From: Eledone cirrhosa
Lineage: Eukaryota
NCBI GenBank assembly: GCA_964016885.1
Contig: OZ024741.1
Coordinates: forward strand, 63,922,001 to 63,986,000
Direction: 5' to 3'
DNA length: 64,000 nt
The translations under genes and the position numbers were made by a program. Numbering within the stretch: position 1 is the stretch's first letter; each line of letters starts with the position of its first letter. Under the pieces are notes generated by a model that had not been told where the DNA came from, did not search any database, and saw only the letters and a program-made list of their open reading frames with translations. Shown piece after piece: positions 1-10,030 of the stretch.

Positions 1-660
1 ATATCATAAAGATATAGAGTCCTTGCGAGGTCTGCCGACTTATCAAGAGGATACCTCATTTTACTAGTCTCAAGAACGCGTCTACACGACGTGAGAAAGG
101 ATCCCAAAAGGCGGAGGGGGAGATAGTCACGCGATATAACGGTCGAGAAACAGAGCTAAGCCTCTTATAACCCCGAAGAAAATACCACGGAGGCGGAGGG
201 GGTATTTATATCGAGGCCGTAGAAGAGGTGGTGAAGAAGGCGAGAAGTATGAGTAATGGAAGCTTTCCAGCTGTCCCCACACTTCAAAGATTGCTCGACC
301 AGAGGGAGTTATTAACAATATATTTAGAAACACACAGATACATTGATAAGTCGGCAGACCTCGCAAGGACTCTATATCTTTATGATATATTGTTTTTGTT
401 TATGCCACGAAACTACGTAGTCGAGGAATTTAGGAGCAGTTTAGGTATGATACATTTTATTACTAATTATATCTAAATGTTTCTTCTCTCTTCATAATGT
501 ATTTTTAACTGGTTCAGTCTAGTTCAACTGAATTGGTCTGTCCCAGTCATTCATTGAGCAACATCGGTGAAGTTGGCACCCTTAACTCACAGTTGGGTGC
601 GGATGCATTCATGTATATATGTGTGTGTCCGCATGTATCTGTGTGTTTCTAAATATATTG

Positions 661-663
<3 letters not shown>
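1..663. mobile_element. Retrozyme/Penelope-like non-coding element with inverted partial duplication (continues off the left edge)
   Basis: 1-46 is the exact reverse complement of 343-388, and 313-343 of 633-663. It contains a hammerhead motif and ends in (TA)n at 662. Confidence 0.7.
343..427 (+). ncRNA. Type-I hammerhead ribozyme motif, U3-A8 core variant (5' stem I strand lost at the inversion junction)
   Basis: TTGATAA (343-349), stem II base gt(c)ggca/tgccac, GAAA (409-412), C-TACGTA-G, GTC (420-422), GAGGA. The minus-strand copy supplies TCCTC (complement of 47-51) directly before the core. Confidence 0.65.
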
Positions 664-718
<55 letters not shown>

Positions 719-731
719 GTATATATATATA

Positions 732-767
<36 letters not shown>

Positions 768-825
768 TATATATATATGTACATATATATATATATATGT
801 ACATATATATATATGTACATATATA

Positions 826-861
<36 letters not shown>

Positions 862-871
862 TATATACATA

Positions 872-959
<88 letters not shown>
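662..959. repeat. (TA)n microsatellite with TGTACA interruptions
   Basis: Read directly; source of the spurious YI-repeat ORFs. Confidence 0.98.
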
Positions 960-960
<1 letters not shown>

Positions 961-1317
961 CTTGAGATTCTTGGTACTTAAACAGAAAATTTAATCTTTG
1001 AAGGTCTAAATTATATTATTGAAGGAAAGTACATATATTATATATATATGTTCCCCTTTTTAAAGTAACAAAGTTAATATTTGAATCGGATATGATATTT
1101 GCATTTATATTTATTTCTTATGTTAACGTTCCAAGATTTTAGAAATGACGTATGTATTTTTTTTTTCTTTATTTTTCAATTTTTGAGTTGCAGAAACTGA
1201 GCAACGCAAACAGAATTTCTAATAGGTAATGTTAAAATCAATTTTTTTAACGTTGGTCCTTAAGGGAAATATGTATGCATTTTATTTTCGCATGACTATT
1301 TATAAAACTCTTCAATA

Positions 1318-2095
1318 TAGGTTACGAACCATCTGTACGGACACAAATTCAATCATGAGATGAGCAAAATCCAAAAATCGACTTTAGGTACTTTTCAAAT
1401 TTTGCGGTATCCTCTTTGAAAAACCTGTCTCATAGAGCATAATTTTTTGCACGCCAAAATTTCGAAAAATTTTAAATTTAAAACCAAAGGTTATTTTTCT
1501 TTAAATTGACCTTTCATCTGTAAAATATATAATATTTCGACTTTCGATGAGGTTTTTGAAGTAAAAAATTAGTTCTTGTTCTAAAAGGAGAGAAAAATAT
1601 TTCTTCCACTAAACTTATATGTCACAAATGTAGCGACTTTCATTTCTTGATTGAATATTGGAATGGTTTCTTTTAACAGCAAAACATGTTTAATCAATAT
1701 CCTTAGATTTCATATGCAGTATCTTTGAAAAGTGTCCAGTAAATAGGTAAACTTCTCGTAAAAAACGGAATTCTAACGCTTCTACTTTCGCTGGAAATTG
1801 TGTTGCATAATTTTTGAATTTAATATCAAAACGTTTTTGGATTTTTAGGATCGTGATCAAAATGATCCGTTGTATTTATTTTGTTGTCTTTAATATTTTC
1901 AACCAATTGCGAGAAATAGTAAGATTTTGGAAACAATTTCCTACAACTTGATTGAGCAATGAAGTTCGGTTTTTGGACCTACCGAAAAATGACGAAATAC
2001 TGAAAATTATTGAGAACATATTATAGTTGTGATTATAAGAATAAGAGTGCAGAAAAATAACCTTTGGTTTTTTCCTGATCACCATTACGTTAATG
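1318..2095. mobile_element. Possible non-autonomous DNA transposon remnant
   Basis: 21-bp inverted repeat aaaaccaaaggttatttttct (1480-1500) / agaaaaataacctttggtttt (2051-2071). Termini are uncertain. Confidence 0.3.
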
Positions 2096-2224
2096 TATCA
2101 TTACAGGACGTACGTTTGAGAAACGAATTGTTAAACCCGAAATAGTCAGCACGTTCATATTTGGTCATTTTTAATTCCAATTCTAAAGACCCTCATCGAA
2201 TATTCCAGTTGTCCGAACCACAGA

Positions 2225-2440
2225 ATAGTCGGCTCGTGAAATTAGCATGCACATGGCTCAGCATTCCACACACATGTGCAGCCTTAACGTAGTTCTCCTG
2301 GACATCCAGCCATACACAACAAGTTGAAGGGTTGACACTTCGAATTACAGTTACAACTCATTTTTGCCAACTAAATGGCATCAATCAACGTACGTGTCAC
2401 CGGGAATCAAACACCGTAGCTACCAAGCCACGCGTCTTCA
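2225..2440 (-). mobile_element. Old tRNA-derived SINE, second family
   Basis: Similar to 20200-20340 (ctcgtgaa.tta.c.tg...tggct..gca..ccaca.a.a.gtg...cc.taacgta.ttctc) and to the plus-strand copy at 22017-22332. Confidence 0.55.
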
Positions 2441-3713
2441 CCTTATTTCACAAATTTGTCCTTTCTAGTAACATAACATACAACTGCTGAATAGTACGAT
2501 CAAAGAGCTGACATTAGAAGCTTTGTCCATTAGATGTCGTCATACGAATGTTTTCAATAAGAATAGCATTAATTGTCTTGATTAGATTATTCTAAATGGC
2601 TGAAGGTAGCTCTTTAAAAGCAGTGGTAGCATTTAAATAATTTTCTAATTTTTCATCAGGATCAATAATACTCATAATACTCAATACAATTACCATTTTT
2701 CAGATAACCCACTTTTATTGTCACCGCGAAAAAGCAATTCTTGCAATCTCAAAGTGCAAATTATTCTAATTAGACGTGTAGAGATATATTTGTTTTTCAA
2801 TTTTCATTGTCTTTGTTAATAGCAAATGATATCAACTTGTCAGGAGTTAAATCTCTACTATCTTCTATTCTAATTGTTTAAAATTAACTCATCCTTGTTA
2901 ATGGATCGCTGACATTTATTGGCGAGCGTTTAAAATATGAATGCTAATTATATAGGCAAAACCTTTATTTACATACTAAATTTTCTTTTTAAAATTGTAC
3001 GCATAGCTAACAGTACAATTTGCAATAATAAATATTTTCTTGTATATCCGTTGTTTACTTTCGTCGAGTTAAATGTCAGAAGTGAACAAGCTCTGTCGAA
3101 TATGAATTTATTTTCATTAAAAGAATCCTAACTGCATTGCGTTTTATTTAACTTACTAAAGAAATTCACAGCCATCAAAGTGTAGTCGAGTAATGCAAAT
3201 AGAATTAGCCAAATGAATAAAAGTAATGTGAAGCGTTCATTTTTAAATCACACTTGAAACAAGCAATTACATTCATACAGTAACCTACATAGATTAATTA
3301 CAGCTTGACAACTGGATCCTAAGGCATGATTGAGGTAAGTAGCTTGTATTTCAGCTTTCGTATATTAACTTGATGGAAGAATACTCACACTGTGCATGGG
3401 TTAATATGTCAGCTACGCTAGTACCAAGCACAGATTGTGCATGAATCTAGCTTATGAAAGGGTTACAAACCAGCTCCGATTAGGCAAGCTTTTGTGTATG
3501 TCACTAATGAAATGGTATGTCCTTATTAATATAGCGAGAAACTTCCTCTGAGATGCAATCTCGTTAAAGGAAAAACCGCAACAACAACAATATATACACA
3601 CAGAACACACACAGACACACACACATATATATATATATGTGCGCGCGTGCGTGTGGTGTGTGTGTATCCGTATATGGTTGACCACTGAGAGAAAGGAGTG
3701 TTCAATACCGAAG

Positions 3714-3761
3714 TGAGTCTTGTTACTCTGGAGTTTCGCCTGTTTATCACAGGGTCATCAG
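3714..3761 (-). ncRNA. Hammerhead ribozyme core (stem I not reconstructable)
   Basis: Minus strand reads CTGATGA c-cctgt-gataa-acagg-c GAAA ctc-ca-gag TA acaagactc. Confidence 0.55.
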
Positions 3762-3779
3762 ATTTTCTATTCATAACAT

Positions 3780-3847
3780 CTCTGTCTGATGAACGATCTA
3801 GACGTATATTAATATTGTCTAAGGTCCTGAAACCTTTAGTAATGGAG
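3780..3847 (+). ncRNA. Type-I hammerhead ribozyme motif
   Basis: Stem I ctctgt/atggag (with G-U pairs), CTGATGA (3786-3792), stem II gatctagac...gtcta(a)ggtc, GAAA (3829-3832), C-CTTTA-G, GTA cleavage triplet ending at 3841. Confidence 0.65.
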
Positions 3848-3960
3848 TAGTTATATATTGTATTGTTCACTTCCTAATTAAATAGGTTTGTTCTATACAT
3901 AGAACACTCTTTTTTCCTTTGCTTTTTCTTCGGAATTACCTAACATAATATGTATACGTA

Positions 3961-4100
<140 letters not shown>

Positions 4101-4604
4101 CGTGCGCATGGGGCGCGCGTGTGTGTGTATTCTAATAAAAGACATTGGTTCTAACGAGGAATTTTAATCATCATATTTAGTTTCACTAAAGTTCTCTCTT
4201 GATACCCAATCTAAATAACTTTCCAAAGAAGATTAACAGCCGTTTGCGTATAAGACACAGGAGGCCTCCCCTCTCATAAAGACAGGCATTTATACATTCA
4301 AATGTTTGAACGCATACATGATTCCATACGTTTCCTTTGCTCACAAATGAACATACAAATGCAAGCAGACATATGTTTATAAATACATATGCATAATCAA
4401 TTTCGTTGTATTTTTCTCTCTTTTACCTTCTCACTATGCACACAGTCACACACACATATATATAAATATATATACAAACGTAAATGTTATATATACATCT
4501 ATATATATAACAATAATATAACATTCAGTAGATTCGTGGTTTACTAAGGCGGGTACCAAAATCAGCACTCTATGTTAAGGAAGAGTGTATATAATGAAAC
4601 TATG

Positions 4605-4692
<88 letters not shown>

Positions 4693-4765
4693 TAGAGAGA
4701 GGGGGGGAGACTGAGAGGCAGGGGAGAGAGGGGGTTAGAGATATGTGTATATACACATACATACA

Positions 4766-7700
4766 TGATGGCTGCAAACTCGTGTTCGATCATTGCCCTC
4801 ATCTGATAAAATGCTCAAAACTATGCGGCACGAATATGGCTCTTTAAACTAGCCAAAGGCTTGCACCCTCTGGCACACACATGGCAACTTTAGGCTCCTC
4901 TGGAACTTCCCACTGTTTGGTTCTGATTGGATTGTGTTCTCTTATATGTCTTTTAAGACCTCCCATGCTTGCACATTCCTTACCACATTCCTTACACCTT
5001 TTCATATCATAATCTACATGAGGTCTACTGATATGACTTTGTTCGTGTCTAGTTAAACCAGTTGTAGTCAGGCAAACTCGACTACAGTGCTGGCAAACCA
5101 GATGTTGCTCAACAGCAGGCAGTTCAGAACAGTCCTTTTTCCTCACCTTTCTTTTCAGTGTTAGGTGTTCTCTTCGACGAGTTTCAAAGTGTTCACTTCC
5201 TGACTTGATCAAACGCTCCACTTCACACGCTCCTCGGCCATTTTCTCCTATTCATCAGATGAAACTCCAGCGCAAGCCAAGGTGCTCCTGACAAATTCCC
5301 GGTACTGCATTTTTGGTTTGTGTGGTGGTCGCCTTCCTTCACACAGTTCTCTGTAGAGAAGTTGCTTTAAAATACGATCATCAGACATCCGAACCACGTG
5401 ACCGCACCACCTCAGCCGATGCCGAAATATCATGTTCTCTATAGTCACGCACCTACTCCGTTCGAGAACTTCCAAATCACTGATGAACATTTTCCATCGC
5501 GCCCCAAATAACTTACGAAGTGATAGTTGGTAAAACCTCTCCAGTTCCTCGAGGTGCTTTCTGTATGTGACCCACGTTTCACAAGCACAAGCATAAAGCA
5601 TAAAGGAAACGGCACAAGTCAGATACACTTTTACCTTGGTTTCACTGGTGATACCTCGTCTGGACCATAAGCGTCACTGGTGATGCAGTCGTCTAAAAGC
5701 ATCACTGGCTTTCTTGATTCTTAAGAATATCACATAATCAAATGTGCATGAATTGTTCAACATACTACCAAGGTAAACAAACTTGTCAGGAACTTTTAGC
5801 CTCTTTCCGTACATGTACACACTTGGTGTTATGTATTCCTTTCCAGGTGCTGGCTGATATATCACGACAGTCTTTTCCAACCTTATTGTGAGGCCCAAAG
5901 CGCTGCAAGCTTCAGGAAAAAGAGTTCATAATATGCTGCATGCCACTTTGTGAGTGTGCAAAACACGATCGCAGTCATCTGCATACAAAAACTCTCGGAT
6001 TATAGATGTTAATACCTTTGTGCTTGCACCACCAAAGCGCCTGATGTTGAACAACCTTCCTGAAGTGCGATACCTGATGTAAACTTCATGCGAACAATTT
6101 TCCTTGAATGACATGAGAAACACTATCGGAAAATATGAGGAAAACAGAGTTGGAGCCGGAATGTCCCCCTATTTCACTCCATTTTCAACTGATATTGGTT
6201 CAAAGACGCTACCACCAATACTGATCCAAGCCTTCACGTCATCATGAAAAAGACGCAGAATCTTCACAAACTTTGGTGGATAGCCAAGCTTTTCCAACAT
6301 TTTCCACAATGCAGTTTAACGGTGTCAAAGGCCTTTGTCAAGTCAACAAAGACCTGGTAAAGACATTGTTCGATACACTTTTCTTGCAGCTGCCGGACAG
6401 AAAAGATCATATCCACTGTTCCTCTTTCATTTTCTGAACCCACACTGCGACTCAGGCAACACATTCAAAGTAACCTTTGAGATCAATCTATCCATCAAAA
6501 TTCGACACATGACTTTACCAACTATTGAAAGAAGTGATATGCCACGATAATTGTCACATTTGTCCTTCCCACCCTTTCATTTATGGAGAATCATGATGAG
6601 CGCATCCTACCAATCTTCTGGGACATTCTCATCTTCCCACACCTTTTTCATGAGGTCAGTCAGGCGCTGCGTGAAGTTTTCACCACCGTACTTCAAAACC
6701 TCTGCACTCAGACCATCCGTACCAGGAGACTTACTACAGTTCAGCTTATGCACAGCAGAAGTCACCTTTGCAAGAGAAGGTACATCAGCCATCTCATGCT
6801 TCACTGGTTCAATAGGAATGGAGCAAATGAAATCATCATCAACCAGGGATGGCTAGTTTAAGAGCTCATCAAAGTGATCTCTCCATCTGTCGAGTATGTC
6901 TTTTGGATCACGCAGTAACTGCTTGCCATCTTTTGATCTCAACGGTGTCACTGGTGAGCTGAAAGGGCCATACACCTCTCTGAGTAGAGTGTGCAGCAGT
7001 TTTACATTGTTGCCATCAGATGCCGCTTGAACTTCATCAGATTTGTTGTTCCACCAGTTATTTTGCATGGCCCTGAGTTTCACCTGCTCCTCCTTCTTTA
7101 CCTGTCTCTAACGCCCATAATTGTCACCAACAGAGCTACACCCTTTAAGAACTGCATCGAGTGCCTTTTGTTTTCTGTCCAGTAGAGCCTTGACCTCCCG
7201 GTCGTTCTCATCAAACCAGTCCTTGTGTTTTCTTGTGACAGAGCCAAGGACCTCTACTGAAGCCTCATAAACCGAGCTCCTGAAATCATTCCAGTTGTTT
7301 GGACAATCAATGATTTCAAGCCTGCGACGCAGCACTTCCTTGACTCCCTTATCTTTCATACGGTCTATATTCAAGCTTTGGAAGTTTGACACCATTTGCT
7401 CTTGTTTGAGATTTGATCATGAAGTTGCCTTGGCGCGCTCAAGACGATGGTCTGTCCAGCACTCTGCTCCACGCAGAACACGCACATGCTTGATATCCTG
7501 CATATCGCGTTTCTTCACAGGAACATAGTCGATCAGATGCAACACTTTCGACCCAGGGTGCATCCATGTTTTCTTGAAATTATACTTTTTCTGGAACATC
7601 GTGCTTGCAATGAAAGAAATCTAACTCCACACACATCTGTAGCAAGAGGATACCATTGCTGTTACATTTCCTTATGTCATGTCTGCCGATCACATCCCAG

Positions 7701-7896
7701 GTTTCATAATCCCTGCCAACGCGTGCGTTGAAATCCCCAAGTGCGACAATTTTGTCTGATGAAGGAATCTTTTTGACAAGTTCCTTCAGAGACTTGTAAA
7801 ATGCGAGTTTCTCGTCTCCATTGGAGTTCATCGTCGGGGCATATACACTGACAATGGTAAGGTAGCCATTGTACATCGGATGTACAAGAGTGTGCG

Positions 7897-7897
<1 letters not shown>
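4766..7897 (-). mobile_element. RTE-clade LINE, 5'-truncated and frameshifted (APE endonuclease, RT, C2H2 fingers), (TATG)n tail
   Basis: ORF fragments: VSVYAPT/LGDFNARVG and WMHP..HLIDY/WTDH (APE); KSPGTDG, FVDLTKAFD, LYADD (RT); RLRWCGHVVRM; CQHC..H and CKEC..H fingers. Flanked by (CATA)n on both sides. Confidence 0.92.
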
Positions 7898-7928
<31 letters not shown>

Positions 7929-7980
7929 CATACATACATACATACATACATACATACATACATACATACATACATACATA

Positions 7981-8330
7981 CATACAGTGTATCGCCAAAT
8001 ACACTATATATACATTCATATATACATCGCTATTTCAGAGCACCAATTCTAATTTTCAATTTTTGCTGGACCGAAAATCGCTCTGTATAATCAGTTCCTG
8101 ATTATTATTGGAATTCTATAAGAATCCAACATTTATAATTTTCAACAGACAAAGGGGAGTGCTAAGCTCTGATGAATACCAACAGTATGAAACAGAGAGC
8201 TGTCAGCTTATCTCCCTTTGTTTGTTGAAAAAAGAAGTGACTTGGTCACTACTTTAAAACAATAGCGTAAGGTCTTCAAAATGCTTTTAATTAAGCATAC
8301 AGTGTATTGCCAAATACACTATACATACAT
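7981..8330 (+). mobile_element. Retrozyme-like monomer (315-bp period) with ~35-bp terminal direct repeats, inserted in (CATA)n
   Basis: catacagtgtatcgccaaatacactatatatacat (7981-8015) is repeated with 2 mismatches at 8296-8330. Central hammerhead, no ORF. Confidence 0.7.
8139..8231 (+). ncRNA. Type-I hammerhead ribozyme with long stem I
   Basis: Stem I ttttcaacagacaaaggggag..taagct / agctta.ctccctttgtttgttgaaaa; CTGATGA 8169-8175; stem II atac-caaca-gtat; GAAA 8189-8192; stem III cag-agag-ctg; GTC 8202-8204. Confidence 0.88.
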
Positions 8331-9908
8331 GGTGGCTGCCAACTCGTTTTCGAGTACGGCCACTACTTTATATCCATGTAGGAGAACTCCTACCGATGCG
8401 CTAAACAAGTGTGACTTTTCACTCCAGCCAGCGATTTGAAAACTCTGGTACAAACACTACACCTTGGACAATTATTGACACATAGTGCTGGGCCCATGAC
8501 ACCATCTGACGACAAGTGCAAAGAGATTTCCAGATATAAAGCAATGCCTGTGCCGTGAAGCTTTTATAGTGAGCAAAGACACTGCACAAGGCCAGTCCCA
8601 CTCTCTTAACCAAGATGATATTTACCAAAAAGAATAACAAGTCAATATCATTGGATACCATCAGGGTTGCAGGTGTTATATCAGAATTTTCCTTCTCCTA
8701 GAATTCTGCGTTGACAAAGGCTAAGGGGTCATCTCTCCCGGGTATATATATACATACATACATACATACATACATACATACATACATACATACATACATA
8801 CATACATACATACGCATATATATATATATATACATGGTGGCTGCCAACTCGTTTTCGAGTACGGCCACTACTTTATATCCATGCAGGAGAACCCCTACAG
8901 ATGCGCTAAACAAGTGTGACTTTTTAGTCCAGCCAGCGACTTGAAAACTCTGGTACAAACACTACACCTTGGACAATTATTGACACATAGTTCTGGGCCC
9001 ATGGCACCATGTGACGACAAGTGCAGAGAGATCTCCAGATATAAAGCAATGCCTGTGCCGTGAAGCTTTTATAGTGAGCAAAGACACTGCACAAGGCCAG
9101 TCCCACTCTCTTAACCAAGATGATATTTACCAAAAAGAATAACAAGTCAATATCATTGGATACCATCAGGGCTGCAGGTGTTATATCAGAGTTTTCCTTC
9201 TCCTAGAATTCTGCCTTGACAAAGGCTAAGGGGTCATCTCTCCCGGATATATGTATACATACATACATACATACACATATATATATATATACATGGTGGC
9301 TGCCAACTCGTTTTCGAGTACGGCCACTACTTTATATCCATGTAGGAGAACTCCTACCGATGCGCTGAACGAGTGTGACTTTTTAGTCCAGCCAGCGACT
9401 TGCAAACTCTGGTACAAACACTACACTTGAGACAATTATTGACACATAGTGCTGGGCCCATGGTACTATGTAACGACAAGTGCAGAGAGATCTCCAGATA
9501 TAAAGCAATGCCTGTGCCGTGAATCTTTTATAGTGAGCAAAGGCACTGCACAAAGCCAGTCCCACTCTCTTAACCAAGATGATATTTACCAAAAAGAATA
9601 ACAAGTCAACACATCATTGGATACCATCAGGGTTGCAGGTGTTATATCAGAGTTTTCCTTCTCCTAGAATTCTGCCTTGACAAAGGCTAAGGGGTTATCT
9701 CTCCCGCTGATTTTGGCTGGCCATTGACTCTTAAGAGCTCCTTTGCCCTTTGACAGGTTTTGTTTTTAGTCCTGCAGGATGTCCAAAGTCACCCTCCTCA
9801 CCAAGAAACCTTGGTGGGGTTGCCAGTTTAGTCGCCAACGACCCGACAATGAGACAGGTTGTACTGGGATACATGTTACCAGTAGCACCAACTGGTGACC
9901 TGAAATAT
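8329..9908 (-). mobile_element. Three tandem copies of a non-autonomous RTE-derived element (8329-8741, 8834-9246, 9293-9908), separated by (CATA)/(TA) tails
   Basis: Near-identical ~415-bp units. The 3' stem-loop ggccgtactcgaaaacgagttggcagcc plus (TATG)n resembles the RTE 3' end at 4766-4800. The motif ctaggagaaggaaaactctga resembles an RTE 5' UTR. Confidence 0.8.
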
Positions 9909-9936
9909 TCACATACATACATACATACATACATAC

Positions 9937-9978
9937 ATGATGGCTGCCCCCTCGTTATCGAGTATGGCCATTGCACGA
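9937..9978 (-). mobile_element. Isolated 3' end (~40 bp) of RTE-type element
   Basis: cgtgcaatggccatactcgataacgagggggcagccatcatgtatg, nearly the same as the end at 16840-16882. Confidence 0.65.
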
Positions 9979-9999
9979 GAAGAAAAAAAAAAAAAATAA

Positions 10000-10028
<29 letters not shown>

Positions 10029-10030
<2 letters not shown>

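Noticed and set aside
567-994. ORFs of YI/CV/HT/MYVC repeats (here and throughout)
   Set aside because: They are translations of microsatellites.
2640-2665. CTGATGA...GAAA on the minus strand
   Set aside because: No pairing for stems I-III.
8329-9710. Repeated 60-100 aa ORFs (MVSNDIDLLFF...) and a CRISPR-like repeat impression
   Set aside because: These are copies of a non-coding retroelement; units are ~415 bp with no repeat-spacer structure and no cas genes.
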